Source of the DNA: a bacterium
GTDB lineage: Bacteria; UBA8248
Direction: 5' to 3'
Length of the DNA stretch: 64,000 bases
Assembly: GCA_965207065.1 (NCBI GenBank)
Contig: OZ242260.1
Coordinates: 2,784,001-2,848,000, forward strand
The notes beneath the pieces are model-generated. The model did not search any database. It was not told the origin of the DNA and worked only from the letters and a program-made list of their open reading frames with translations. Shown one piece after another: positions 1 through 10,068 of the stretch. The first letter of the stretch is position 1. Each line of letters begins with the position of its first letter. Position numbers and translations under genes: made by a program.

Positions 1-235
1 TCGCGCGGTGAAGCTCGGCGCATCGAGCGTGGAAGTCGTGACGGATTCCGAGCTCATGGCCCGCCAGTGGAGCGGTGAGTATCGGGTCAGGAACAAGGCG
101 CTCAAGCCCTTGTATGATCGGGCGAAGGAAACTGCCAGGAGGATAGGCTCCATCGAGGTGCGCCATGTACGCCGCGGTCAGAACACGGCGGCCGATGCCG
201 CCGCCAATCGCGCCATCGACGATAGGATGAGTTGA
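1..235 (+). CDS. rnhA: Ribonuclease HI family protein, C-terminal part (truncated by window start)
   Basis: VTDSELMARQWSGEYRVRNKAL...HVRRGQNTAADAAANRAID matches RNase HI-like DSELxxxQxxGxYxV and HVxRxxNxxADxxAN motifs. Confidence 0.85.
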   Translation, partial: RAVKLGASSVEVVTDSELMARQWSGEYRVRNKALKPLYDRAKETARRIGSIEVRHVRRGQNTAADAAANRAIDDRMS

Positions 236-298
236 CGAACACGCCGGTTGTTTGCCGCCGGTTGTATAGTGAACCGCGCAAGAGTATGAAAACATCTA

Positions 299-663
299 CC
301 GGAGTGGGCTGCGCGGCCGCGCGCAGCAATAGTCTGCGGGAGGAAAGTCCGGGCTCCACAGGGCAGGGTGGTGGATAACGTCCACCAGGGGTGACCCTCG
401 GGAAAGTGCCACAGAAAACAAACCGCCCCGCTGAGTCGGGGTAAGGGTGAAACGGTGTGGTAAGAGCGCACCAGCAGTCCGGGCGACCGGGCTGGCTCGG
501 TAAACCCCACCCGGAGCAAGGCCAAATAAGGGGATGCTTGAGGGCGGCCCGTCCGAGATCCCCGGGTAGGCTGCTCGAGGCGGTGGGCAACCATCGTCCC
601 AGATAGATGGCCGCGGGCCCGCCATCGGCGGGTGACAGAACCCGGCTTACAGGCCCGCTCCGG
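299..663 (+). ncRNA. rnpB: RNase P RNA, bacterial type A
   Basis: GAGGAAAGTCCGGGC, GGAAAGTGCCACAGAAA, GGTGAAACGG, GGTAAACCCC and ACAGAACCCGGCTTA hallmarks; 5' CCGGAGTGGGC pairs with 3' GCCCGCTCCGG (P1). Confidence 0.97.
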
Positions 664-820
664 TCGAGATGTTCAGGCGCGCGCGCTACCAGCCGCGCAA
701 ACGCCAGTTTCGTGTCTCCCGATCTACGGCTAGGGGTTGGCCGTTCGAAGAGGGGCGAGCGTAGAGGCGGGATACGGCGCGTTTAATTTACTCGAACAAG
801 ACGAAGGAAAGCATAGCCGC

Positions 821-2065
821 ATGGAATCCCAGGTATCACCGAAAACACTCGAACCATCGCTCATCGCCGCAGAGGCGGTTCAGGCGGCGGAGGCGATGTC
901 CCCCCATCTGAGGCCGACCCCCGCACGACTCAGCGAGAATTTCTCCGAGCAGTTGGGGGTCGAAGTATATCTCAAGCCGGAGAATTTCCAGCGGACGGGC
1001 TCGTTCAAGGTGCGCGGCGCTCTTTACGCGCTTCAAAAACTGGAGCCCGCGCAGCTTCAATGGGGCGTCGTCACCGCGAGCGCGGGGAACCACGCCCAGG
1101 GCGTGGCCTTCGCGGCCAAGCAATTGGGCGTCAGGGCACTGGTGGTGATGCCCGAAGCCACACCGAATACCAAACTGGACGCCGTACGGGCCTTAGGCGC
1201 AGAGACCGAGCTGTTCGGCGCATCTTTCGATGACGCCTATGCGCGCGCGCGCTCCTACGAGCAAGATCGCGGCCTGACGATGATTCCGCCTTTCGATCAC
1301 CCCGACGTCATCGCGGGTCAGGGCACGCTGGGGATAGAGATACTCGAAGAAGTGCCCGAAGTAGGCACCATCCTCGTGCCCGTCGGCGGCGGCGGCCTCA
1401 TTTCGGGCCTCGCCGCGGTGGTGAAAACCCGTAAACCGGACGTGCGCATCATCGGTGTGGTGGCCGAGGGCGCTGCGGCGCTCATGCGCTCTCTCGATGC
1501 GGGGAGAATCGTCGAGTCGAAAACCGTCCAGACGATTGCGGACGGCATCGCCGTCAAGAGAAACGGAGAACTCTGTTTTCCCCTGATCCAGGACCTGGTC
1601 GATCAGGTGGTCTCAGTCTCGGACGATGCGATGGCCAACGCCATTCTGGGTCTCCTGGAGCGCGAGCGGATGCTGAGCGAAGCGGCGGGCGCCTCCTCTC
1701 TGGCGGCGCTTATCGAGAGGAAAACCAGGGTGAGCGGCAAGGTGGTGGCCCTGATAAGCGGCGGGAACCTGGACGTCAACCTGCTCTCGCGCATCATCGG
1801 CAAGGGGCTGGCCCTCGCGAACCGCTACGCTCGCATACAGGTGCCGCTTCACGATGCGCCCGGCGCGCTGATGCGTCTTTCGAAAATCGTGGCGGATTGC
1901 CGGGTGAACATCATCCACATCGAACACGACCGTCTCTCGACGGAAGTGCCCATCAACCATACCCTCTCGACCCTCCACATGGAGGTGCGCGGGAGGGAGC
2001 ATCTCGAGCAACTGATACAGCTTCTGCTCCAGGAAGGATACGAAGTACGCCGGGAGGAAGCTTAG
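821..2065 (+). CDS. ilvA: Threonine ammonia-lyase with C-terminal ACT domain
   Basis: KPENFQRTGSFKVRGA (PLP Lys), SAGNHAQG, VGGGGL, SGGN; start placed at ATG 821 after AAGGAAA. Confidence 0.92.
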   Translation: MESQVSPKTLEPSLIAAEAVQAAEAMSPHLRPTPARLSENFSEQLGVEVYLKPENFQRTGSFKVRGALYALQKLEPAQLQWGVVTASAGNHAQGVAFAAKQLGVRALVVMPEATPNTKLDAVRALGAETELFGASFDDAYARARSYEQDRGLTMIPPFDHPDVIAGQGTLGIEILEEVPEVGTILVPVGGGGLISGLAAVVKTRKPDVRIIGVVAEGAAALMRSLDAGRIVESKTVQTIADGIAVKRNGELCFPLIQDLVDQVVSVSDDAMANAILGLLERERMLSEAAGASSLAALIERKTRVSGKVVALISGGNLDVNLLSRIIGKGLALANRYARIQVPLHDAPGALMRLSKIVADCRVNIIHIEHDRLSTEVPINHTLSTLHMEVRGREHLEQLIQLLLQEGYEVRREEA

Positions 2066-2068
2066 TCC

Positions 2069-3610
2069 ATGAGCGAGAAGCGCCGCGCCGTCATCAGCGT
2101 GAGCGACAAGAGAGGCGCCGCCGAACTGGGCGCCGCTCTGGCCGATGCGGGCTGGGAGGTGCTCTCCACCGGCGGCACGGCCAGATCGCTTCGCGATGCG
2201 GGCGTCCCCGTGCGTGAGGTTTCCGATTATACGGGCCAGCCCGAAATCATGGGCGGGCGTGTCAAGACGCTTCATCCCAAGGTTCTGGGCGGCATCCTGG
2301 CGCTTTTGCCCGGGCAGGAAGAGGAGATGCGGGCAAACGACATCGCGCCCATCGACCTGGTCGCGGTGAATCTCTACCCCTTCCGGGAGACTATCGCCAA
2401 ACCCGGCGTCACGCGGGAGGAGGCGATCGAGCAAATTGACATCGGCGGCCCAACAATGGTGCGCGCGGCTTCCAAGAACCATGGCCGCGTGGCCGTGCTC
2501 GTCGATCCGGACGATTACCCGGACGCCATCACCCACGTCCGGAACGGCGGAGATTTTCCGCCCGAATGGCTGGCGGGCCTGGCCTTGAAGGCGTTTCGTC
2601 ACACCGCGCGTTATGACGACGCCATCTCCGGCTATCTCGGTGATGGCGACGGAGACGCGCTTTCCGAGCGGATCGAGATGAATCTCGACCGCGTCCAGAC
2701 GCTTCGCTACGGGGAGAACCCCCACCAGCAGGGCGCGCTCTACCGCCTGGATGGTCCGGGCGGGTTCTCTCTTTGCGACGCGGAGATTCTGGGCGGCAAG
2801 GAGCTCTCCTTCAATAATCTGCTCGACGCCGCCGCCGCCGCCGAACTCGCGCATGATCTGGAAGGCGTGGGCTGCGCCGTCATCAAGCACACCAATCCGT
2901 GCGGCGTGGGTTTGGGCGATACCCAGGCTGCCGCCTATGAGCGTGCGCTCGCATGCGATCCGGTTTCGGCATTCGGCAGCGTCATCGGCTATAACCGGAA
3001 AGTCGATGCGGAGACGGCCGAGGCCATGCGAAAACTCTTCGTTGAGGCGGTGGTCGCACCCGATTTCGACGAAGATGCCCTCGCCATCATGCGGAAAAAG
3101 AAAAATCTGAGAATCCTGCGCTTAGGCGGTCTGGGGGGCGATTCCGCGCCCGCGGGGCTGGACGTGCGTTCGATACCCGGCGGCGTGCTCTTACAGGAGC
3201 GTGACCGGCTTTCCGAAGAGGAGTTCCGCTGGGAGGTCGTCACCCCACGCGCGCCCTCGGCGGATGAGGAAAAAGCGCTCGGAATCGCCTGGCGCGTGGC
3301 GCGCCACGTGAAGAGCAACGCCATCGTCATGGCCGATAAGGACGGCACGGTGGGCGTGGGCGCGGGCCAGATGAGCCGGGTGGACTCCACCCGTCTCGCA
3401 GCCGAGCGCGCTGTCTTGCCGCTCGGCGGTTGCGCCCTGGGCTCGGACGCGTTCTTCCCCTTCCGCGACGGTATCGACGCCGCGGCTTCCCACGGGGTCA
3501 AGGCGATAGCCCAGCCGGGCGGCTCCATGCGCGATGAAGAAGTCATCGAGGCGGCGGCCGAGCACGATATCGCCATGGTCTTCACGGGCAGACGCCATTT
3601 CAGACATTGA
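2069..3610 (+). CDS. purH: Bifunctional AICAR formyltransferase/IMP cyclohydrolase
   Basis: ISVSDK, GGRVKTLHP, IDIGGP, LRYGENPHQ, KHTNPCG, SDAFFPF, TGRRHFRH. Confidence 0.98.
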   Translation: MSEKRRAVISVSDKRGAAELGAALADAGWEVLSTGGTARSLRDAGVPVREVSDYTGQPEIMGGRVKTLHPKVLGGILALLPGQEEEMRANDIAPIDLVAVNLYPFRETIAKPGVTREEAIEQIDIGGPTMVRAASKNHGRVAVLVDPDDYPDAITHVRNGGDFPPEWLAGLALKAFRHTARYDDAISGYLGDGDGDALSERIEMNLDRVQTLRYGENPHQQGALYRLDGPGGFSLCDAEILGGKELSFNNLLDAAAAAELAHDLEGVGCAVIKHTNPCGVGLGDTQAAAYERALACDPVSAFGSVIGYNRKVDAETAEAMRKLFVEAVVAPDFDEDALAIMRKKKNLRILRLGGLGGDSAPAGLDVRSIPGGVLLQERDRLSEEEFRWEVVTPRAPSADEEKALGIAWRVARHVKSNAIVMADKDGTVGVGAGQMSRVDSTRLAAERAVLPLGGCALGSDAFFPFRDGIDAAASHGVKAIAQPGGSMRDEEVIEAAAEHDIAMVFTGRRHFRH

Positions 3611-3611
3611 G

Positions 3612-5045
3612 ATGCCCCAAAATATCCTCGCCCCTCCCGTTCTGGAAGATTCGCTCGCGCCCATCGAGACGCTGCGGCGCGTGGAGGTTTTTCTAAGCGC
3701 CCTGGCCGCGCTCCCCAAGAAATCCTGGCGCACACGACTGGATCCTCGCGGCATCAAGGTGGAAGGGCCGGGACTCACCCGAGCCGCTCGATTATATGAA
3801 ATCCTCGAAGTCCCGGTGGCGGGGCAGTCGGTCGTCCACGTCGTGGGAACGAGCGGCAAAGGCTCCACCGCGCTGATGATAGCGCAGTCCCTTCTTGCGT
3901 CCGGCAAGAGAACGGCGGCCTTTTTCTCCCCCCATCTCACATCGATAACCGAGCGTTTCTGGCTCCGGGGCCGCTTCGCCGAAGCCGGTCTCATCGGCCG
4001 GTGCGCGCAGGAACTCGCCGAAGCCGCCGCGCAGATGGCGGGAGAACCCGAGTTCGGGCCGCCCTCGTTTTTCGAGTCGACTCTCGCGCTTTTGCTGTTG
4101 ATGGCCAGAGAAGAGGAGTGTGAATACCTCGTCCTCGAAGCGGGACTGGGCGGCGCGTTCGACGCCACGAACGCCGTGGGTCCAGCCGTGCTCGACGTGA
4201 TCACCTCGATAGGCCTGGACCACACCGATCTGCTCGGTGATTCCATCGCCCGGATTGCGCGTGATAAGGCCGGCATCATCACCGAGAAAGGCCGCGTCAT
4301 CTCACAAAGCCTGCTTCCCGACGCGCGCGCCGAAATCGAGCGCGTTGTCTCCGAGCGCGAAGCCGGCTTGTTTTCTCCGCCCCGCGTCGAGAACCCGGAC
4401 TTGCGCCCCAGTGGCGCTTTTTTCGATCTGGGGTTCGACGACGGCGTCAGGTGGGAGGGTTTTTCGACCCCCATGCCCGGCGTCCACCAGGCGGAAAACG
4501 CGAGCCTCGCCGCCGGAGCGGGCCGACTCCTGGGGCTGGGAGAACAGGAGTTGCGGTGGGGCGTCGCCTCGGCGCGCCTGCCGTGCCGGATGGAGGTGGT
4601 GCAGACCGGCCCGCGCGTTCTGCTCGATGGCGCGCACAACCGCGATAAGGCGCAAGCGCTGGTGGAGGGTGTCTCGGGCTGGGCGTTCGAGCGCCTCGTC
4701 TTCGTTCTCGGGGCGGTGAACGACAAGGATTTCACCGGGATGGCGGAGGTGTTCGCGCCTGTGGGAGATAAGTTTTTCGTCACGCTTCCTCCGGCGAGCG
4801 CGCCCAGGCCCGGCCTCGCGCCCGTAGTTTTCGCGCGCGCGCTCGAAGCGGCGGGGGCTGAACGCGTGGAGACGCGCATCGACGCATGGGGGGCGCTCGA
4901 TGAGGCGCTCGACGAGGCGGGAGAGAACGACCTCGTCATCATCACGGGGTCGATGTTCCTGGCCGGCGAACTCAGGCGCCGCTGGGTGAGTGAGGAGCGC
5001 ATCGTGGAGAGCGGCAGCGCGTTTCCTCCCGGGGCGCTCCCGTGA
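3612..5045 (+). CDS. folC: Folylpolyglutamate/dihydrofolate synthase
   Basis: HVVGTSGKGST, SPHL..ITER, LEAGLGG..DATN, IGLDHTDLLG, LDGAHN, TGSMFLAG; adjacent to folP. Confidence 0.88.
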   Translation: MPQNILAPPVLEDSLAPIETLRRVEVFLSALAALPKKSWRTRLDPRGIKVEGPGLTRAARLYEILEVPVAGQSVVHVVGTSGKGSTALMIAQSLLASGKRTAAFFSPHLTSITERFWLRGRFAEAGLIGRCAQELAEAAAQMAGEPEFGPPSFFESTLALLLLMAREEECEYLVLEAGLGGAFDATNAVGPAVLDVITSIGLDHTDLLGDSIARIARDKAGIITEKGRVISQSLLPDARAEIERVVSEREAGLFSPPRVENPDLRPSGAFFDLGFDDGVRWEGFSTPMPGVHQAENASLAAGAGRLLGLGEQELRWGVASARLPCRMEVVQTGPRVLLDGAHNRDKAQALVEGVSGWAFERLVFVLGAVNDKDFTGMAEVFAPVGDKFFVTLPPASAPRPGLAPVVFARALEAAGAERVETRIDAWGALDEALDEAGENDLVIITGSMFLAGELRRRWVSEERIVESGSAFPPGALP

Positions 5046-5923
5046 TGGATGGCTTGCGCTTCGCGCCTGCGAAGTGGACTCCCGCGCCCGCCGTGAAGTG
5101 TTGCGGGCGCGAGCTTGATTTCGAACGGGTGCGCATCATGGGCGTCCTGAACGCCACGCCGGACAGTTTTTCAGACGGCGGTAAATTTTTCGATACTGCG
5201 GTTGCCCTGGAACAAATCGCGCAGATGACGGAAGAAGGCGCCGACGTCATCGACATCGGCGGCGAGAGCACCCGGCCCGGGTCGAGCGGGGTGGACGAGG
5301 CGGAGGAAATCCGGCGAGTCATTCCGATTCTGGAGCGAATGAATATGGAGGAAGGCCCCCTCGTCTCGGTCGATACTTCGAAGGCCGGCGTGGCGCGGGC
5401 GGCCCTTGAGGCCGGTGCTCACATCGTGAACGACATCACGGGCCTTCGCGATTCCGGGATGCGCGCGGTCATTGCCGAATCAGGCGCCGCAGCGGTCGCC
5501 ATGCACATGAGGGGCGAGCCGCGCACGATGCAGGATGCTCCGGTATACGAGGACCTGATGGGCGAGTTGACGGGCTATCTGCGAGAAAGCGCACGCCGGG
5601 CCGAGGAGGACGGCATAACGTCCGTGCTGATCGACCCGGGCGTCGGTTTCGGTAAATCATGGGATCATAACCTCGAGATTTTGAGGCGGCTGGGTGAGCT
5701 CAGGGCATTGGGCCATCCCCTGGTCGTCGGCGTTTCGAGAAAAAGTTTCATCGGGGCGATCACGGGCGTCGAAGCGGCGGGGGAGCGGCTGATAGGCTCG
5801 AAAGTCGCCGAGGCCTTCGCCGTGGTCGGCGGGGCGGACGTGATTCGCACCCACGACGTGGGGGCGGCCGTCGAGGCGGTGCGCATGGGAGAGGCTATTC
5901 GCAGTGGGAGCGTTGGCCCTTGA
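5042..5923 (+). CDS. folP: Dihydropteroate synthase
   Basis: MGVLNATPDSFSDGG, DIGGESTRPG, DPGVGFGK, GVSRKSF, IRTHDV. Confidence 0.97.
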   Translation: MMDGLRFAPAKWTPAPAVKCCGRELDFERVRIMGVLNATPDSFSDGGKFFDTAVALEQIAQMTEEGADVIDIGGESTRPGSSGVDEAEEIRRVIPILERMNMEEGPLVSVDTSKAGVARAALEAGAHIVNDITGLRDSGMRAVIAESGAAAVAMHMRGEPRTMQDAPVYEDLMGELTGYLRESARRAEEDGITSVLIDPGVGFGKSWDHNLEILRRLGELRALGHPLVVGVSRKSFIGAITGVEAAGERLIGSKVAEAFAVVGGADVIRTHDVGAAVEAVRMGEAIRSGSVGP

Positions 5924-6011
5924 GCGCGTATCGTGCCGCCTGTCCAGACCCCAATATTTAGATTTTTATGATTTCGTCATTATAAATTCGTCATAAAGGA
6001 AAGCCGGCTTC

Positions 6012-6872
6012 GTGATTGAATACGTTTTCGAGTTCTGGTGGATGCTGCCCGTCGCTTTTTGCGTGTGCCTCACGGCGACGAGCACGAGCGTGGAGGGCGC
6101 GGTTTTCTTTGCGCCCATCTTCATCCTGCTTTTCCCATGGGCGGCGGGTGTGACCATCGTTCCCCTGGAAGCCGTTTTTCTCGCGCTTTCCATCGAGATT
6201 TTCGGTTTCGGCAGCGCGCTCACCGGCTATATGAGAAGGAGGCTTGTGGATTACGAGATCGCCAAGAAGGTGCTCGTCGTTTCCATCCCCGTGGGCATGG
6301 CGTTCGGCTTCCTGGCCCATTCGGTGCCCGCCAGGCTCATCCTGGGCCTGCTGGGCGGGATGATGGTGCTTCTCTCGTTCGCCATGCTCTTCGCTTTCTT
6401 CCAGGGCGGAATCCAGGAGGCGGAACAGGCGGAAGGCGCCGGAAAGCCCACCCGCACGGACGCGGCGGGCAGGAGGTACTGGTACCGATACGAGCACGGG
6501 ACCTTCGGCCACAGTTGGTCGGCGCTGGGCGGGGTTCTCGTGGGATTCACGGGTATCGGCATCGGGGAACTCACGACCACCGCCCTGATCGTGAAGGACA
6601 GGCTGCCCGTTCGCTTGGCGGTGGGAACGGGAATTCTCATCGTTTTCGCGACGGTGCTGCCCGCCACCCTGGTGCATGCCTACGTTTTCTCATCCGGCGA
6701 GGTGAACGTGCACTGGAACATCCTGTTCATGACGATTCCCGCGGTCGCCTGCGGCGGCCAGATATCGCCCTTCATCAACAACCGCGTCGACGGCGAGAAG
6801 ATGAAGGTGTTTCTCTCTTTCGTCTTCATCTTCGTGGGCGTATTGCTCCTCTGGCGCTCCCTCGGCGGCTAG
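6012..6872 (+). CDS. Sulfite exporter TauE/SafE family membrane protein
   Basis: About 8 hydrophobic segments in two halves; GGVLVGFTGIGIGE and AVGT motifs. Confidence 0.75.
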   Translation: MIEYVFEFWWMLPVAFCVCLTATSTSVEGAVFFAPIFILLFPWAAGVTIVPLEAVFLALSIEIFGFGSALTGYMRRRLVDYEIAKKVLVVSIPVGMAFGFLAHSVPARLILGLLGGMMVLLSFAMLFAFFQGGIQEAEQAEGAGKPTRTDAAGRRYWYRYEHGTFGHSWSALGGVLVGFTGIGIGELTTTALIVKDRLPVRLAVGTGILIVFATVLPATLVHAYVFSSGEVNVHWNILFMTIPAVACGGQISPFINNRVDGEKMKVFLSFVFIFVGVLLLWRSLGG

Positions 6873-6881
6873 GCGCGACAG

Positions 6882-7880
6882 TTGTCTGAGGACACCCGAC
6901 CCGTCGTCATCGCAGGCCCCGGCGCCGTGGGAACCATGCTTGCGGCGCACCTGCAAAGAAACCTCCCTGGGCGGAGAGTTTATCTGGCGGGATCGGCCAA
7001 CCCGAGCCCCGAAACGTCCGCACATCTGGCGGAAATCGAAGGTGGCGGCGTCAGAGTCCACGGCGAGACTTCTTATACGGCTCGACCCCTGGTGTGCAGG
7101 GGGTCTCTGGACATCACGGCCTCGCATCTTTTCTTCACCGTGAAGGCGGGGCAAGTCGAAGCGGCGGCGGCGGAATTCTCGCAAATGGCAGGTGAGGGCA
7201 CTATCACGGCCGTTTTCTCGAACGGGCTGGATGTCTGCAAGGACCTCCCGCCCTCTTGTCGGGAACGCGGGGTCGTGCGGGGCCTCGTGGGCACGGGGGC
7301 GGAGATAACGAAACCGGGGCAAGTGAACCAGTTCGGCGCGCTTGACGTCACCCTGGCCCCTGAGCCGGGGGCTGCGGAGGACGCCGCTCTCGTGAGGCGG
7401 CTGGCGGAATTCCTTCAACCTCTGGGGATACGCGTCCGCCAGAAACGCGACGGCAAGGAGGCGGAATGGAGGAAGGCGGTGGCCAACGCCGTCATCAACC
7501 CCCTGGGGGCCGCGCTCGAGCTCAGAAACGGCGAATTGCTGGAAACCCCTTCCGCCGCGGTGCTCGTGGAGGCCCTGGCGAGGGAGTTGCAAGCGCTCAT
7601 CGACGCAGAGGGCATGACGCTCAATGCTCTGGAGATCGTCCGCGATACCGCCCGCGCCACGGCCGGCAACAGAAATTCCATGTGGCAGGACTTGATGCGG
7701 GGCCGCCGAAGCGAGATTCGCGAAGTGACGGGACGCTTCATCGAGCGCGCGGATGCGCGCGGCGTCTTGTTCTCCACCCATAAATCGTTGTATTATCGGA
7801 TATTGTCTCTTGAAAAAGATTCTTCCTCCCGTGATGCGCAAGGCGATGAGCGCCTTGACATCGAGGGAGGGATTTCATAA
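6882..7880 (+). CDS. panE: 2-dehydropantoate 2-reductase (ApbA/PanE family)
   Basis: GPGAVG Rossmann motif, TVKA, SNGL, WRKAVANAVINP, NSMWQDL..GRRSEI; directly upstream of panB. Confidence 0.85.
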   Translation: MSEDTRPVVIAGPGAVGTMLAAHLQRNLPGRRVYLAGSANPSPETSAHLAEIEGGGVRVHGETSYTARPLVCRGSLDITASHLFFTVKAGQVEAAAAEFSQMAGEGTITAVFSNGLDVCKDLPPSCRERGVVRGLVGTGAEITKPGQVNQFGALDVTLAPEPGAAEDAALVRRLAEFLQPLGIRVRQKRDGKEAEWRKAVANAVINPLGAALELRNGELLETPSAAVLVEALARELQALIDAEGMTLNALEIVRDTARATAGNRNSMWQDLMRGRRSEIREVTGRFIERADARGVLFSTHKSLYYRILSLEKDSSSRDAQGDERLDIEGGIS

Positions 7881-7988
7881 TCATTAGAGTCCGTGCCGGG
7901 AGCCGATGGCCCTGGACACATTGACGGGAAAAACAAAGCATCAAAATCGGCCTTGTAGCAGGCGTTCACCCAACAAGAGGGAGCGACC

Positions 7989-8861
7989 ATGAGCACAAAA
8001 AGCCTCGCCAAACTGTATTCCAACGGCAATAACCCAACCAACGGAAACGGCGCGCATAAGAAAACGCGCAGAAAAGTCACCACCGCCACCATTCGGGCGC
8101 GCAAGGGCGGAAAGAAGATTACCTCCGTCACCGCGTATGACTACCCCACGGCGAAACTCGTGGATGGCGCCGAGGTGGACGTCATCCTGGTCGGCGACAG
8201 CCTGGGCATGGTGGTTCTGGGGTATCCCGACACGACCAAGGTGACGCTCGAAGACATGGTCCACCACACCCGGGCGGTGAGCCGCGCGAAGCCCAAGGCG
8301 CTGCTCGTGGCCGATATGCCCTTCCTCACCTTCGGCGTCAGCTTGCGCGACACCATCCTGAACGCCGGCCGTCTCATCCAGGAGGGCTGCGCCGAAGCGG
8401 TGAAGCTAGAGGGCGGCGTCCGCGTCAGGGACGAGATACGCGCGGTGGTGGACAGCCAGATTCCCGTGATGGGGCACGTTGGCCTCACCCCCCAGAGCGT
8501 CCATGCGTTCGGCGGCTTCAAGGTGCAGGGAAAGACCGACGAAGGGGCGGACCAGGTGCTGCGCGACGCGGTGGCCGTGCAGGAGGGCGGCGCATTCTCC
8601 CTCGTGCTCGAGGGGATACCGGCTGAATTGGGCGCTCGCGTGACGCGCGAAGTCGACATTCCCACCATCGGCATCGGCGCAGGCCCCGATTGCGACGGCC
8701 AGGTGCTCGTCACCCATGACATGCTTCGCCTGTTCAGCGATTTCACGCCGAAATTCGTGCGCGTGTATGCCGATGTCGGGGAGATGACCACGGAGGCGAT
8801 AGAACGCTACTGCCGGGAGGTGCGAGAGGGCGCGTTTCCGGCAGAGGAGCATTGTTTCTGA
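7989..8861 (+). CDS. panB: 3-methyl-2-oxobutanoate hydroxymethyltransferase
   Basis: TAYDY, ILVGDSLGM, ADMPF, AVKLEGG, GHVGLTPQS, IGIGAG..CDGQVLV. Confidence 0.98.
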   Translation: MSTKSLAKLYSNGNNPTNGNGAHKKTRRKVTTATIRARKGGKKITSVTAYDYPTAKLVDGAEVDVILVGDSLGMVVLGYPDTTKVTLEDMVHHTRAVSRAKPKALLVADMPFLTFGVSLRDTILNAGRLIQEGCAEAVKLEGGVRVRDEIRAVVDSQIPVMGHVGLTPQSVHAFGGFKVQGKTDEGADQVLRDAVAVQEGGAFSLVLEGIPAELGARVTREVDIPTIGIGAGPDCDGQVLVTHDMLRLFSDFTPKFVRVYADVGEMTTEAIERYCREVREGAFPAEEHCF

Positions 8862-9095
8862 TTTTTCTCAGCGAGTAGATACGATGCTGTAATCAGAGGG
8901 CGGTCTCCCGGTTGGGGAGTGCCGCCTTCTCTTTTGTTTTTCACCAACCAGAGTTTCTCTCAAGCGATTCGCAGGCGCGCCAAATGGTTTTCGGGAGAGG
9001 CGGTTTGCGGACTGTGGGTGAAATGTCGTTTCCTGTTCAGGCACGGGGAGCGGATTGGAATCCGAAAACTCTCAAGAGACGCACGGCGGGGAGGG

Positions 9096-9815
9096 ATGTC
9101 CATGAAGGCGCTGGCGCAGGCCGTAAGGTTTTTGACGGTTTTGCCCTGGCCGGGCGCGCCTCGCGAACCGGAGGCGGACGACATGTCGCGCGTTCTCGTG
9201 CGCTTCCCTTTCGTCGGCCTCCTGATCGGAGTGGTCCTCATCGCTCTGGATTGGGCGCTTGCGAGCGTCTTTTCCGTTTCCGTGCGCAGCGTCCTGCTCA
9301 TTACCGCACTCATTGTGTTGACCCGGGGCAATTCCCTGAGCGGGTTGTCGGATTTCGCGGAATCGCTTGGGCCTGGAATCCATGTGAAAGAAAGGCCTTC
9401 GGTATCCATGGGTGTCCTGTTCATCATCGGCGCGCTCATGCTGAAAATCGTCGCCTTGAGTGAACTCCACGGATATGAGCGCTACCTCGCGCTCCTGGTC
9501 CCGCCCATACTCGCCCGCTCGGCGATGGCCTACATTATCGCGTCGCCGCCATCCGTGCGCGAAGCTGAGGACGCCGGTCGGGAATTTGTTCGACCGGCAA
9601 GCCCGCGAGAAGGACATATCGCGCTGGGCTGGTCTTTTCTGCTCAGCTTTCTCCTGGCATGGTTTTGGGGGCTTTTCCTGGCCATCGCGGCCTTATGCGT
9701 CACATGGGGTTTCAAGCACCTCATCCGTAAATCGGACAAGGAGGTGAGAGATACGCCTGGCGCCGCGAGCGAAATCATCGAGACCATGACGCTCGTTCTT
9801 TTTTCTGCATGGTAA
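9096..9815 (+). CDS. CobS (cobalamin synthase)-like membrane protein with degenerate conserved motifs
   Basis: FLTVLP, FPFVG, LKIVAL, GAASEIIE fit CobS; the canonical LTGxLHxDGLxDxxDG reads LTRGNSLSGLSDFAES. Confidence 0.7.
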   Translation: MSMKALAQAVRFLTVLPWPGAPREPEADDMSRVLVRFPFVGLLIGVVLIALDWALASVFSVSVRSVLLITALIVLTRGNSLSGLSDFAESLGPGIHVKERPSVSMGVLFIIGALMLKIVALSELHGYERYLALLVPPILARSAMAYIIASPPSVREAEDAGREFVRPASPREGHIALGWSFLLSFLLAWFWGLFLAIAALCVTWGFKHLIRKSDKEVRDTPGAASEIIETMTLVLFSAW

Positions 9816-9853
9816 AAGATTTTCCCTGCCTTCTTTTTTAGTTTAATAAATTT

Positions 9854-9872
9854 CTCCCACTGCTCCCCACTT
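9854..9872 (-). promoter_or_regulatory. Inverted pair of MraZ-type GTGGG boxes
   Basis: CTCCCACTGCTCCCCACTT = AAGTGGGGAGCAGTGGGAG on the minus strand; boxes 10 bp apart. Confidence 0.55.
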
Positions 9873-10028
9873 AAATTTGAATATATTATTAATTTCAGCT
9901 AATTAAATATAATTTATTAAAGTTATACATTATATTATTAAGCTGAAATTGCCTTAAAATAATTGATATATCTCTTCTTTATTTCTCGCAGAAATCATTG
10001 TTTTTTATTGCTTTTCTCAATATTTCTG

Positions 10029-10057
10029 TTGACAGGCATCCTGTGCCGGGGTATAAG
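10029..10057 (+). promoter_or_regulatory. Sigma70-type promoter of the dcw cluster
   Basis: TTGACA (10029-10034), 17-bp spacer, TATAAG (10052-10057). Confidence 0.85.
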
Positions 10058-10068
10058 GATAAACCTAA

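Noticed and set aside
102-625. Three minus-strand ORFs over 102-625
   Set aside because: They are antisense to rnpB, which explains the sequence.
9816-10030. AT-rich tract as a replication origin
   Set aside because: No TTATCCACA-type DnaA boxes seen and no dnaA/dnaN context; explained as dcw promoter upstream region.
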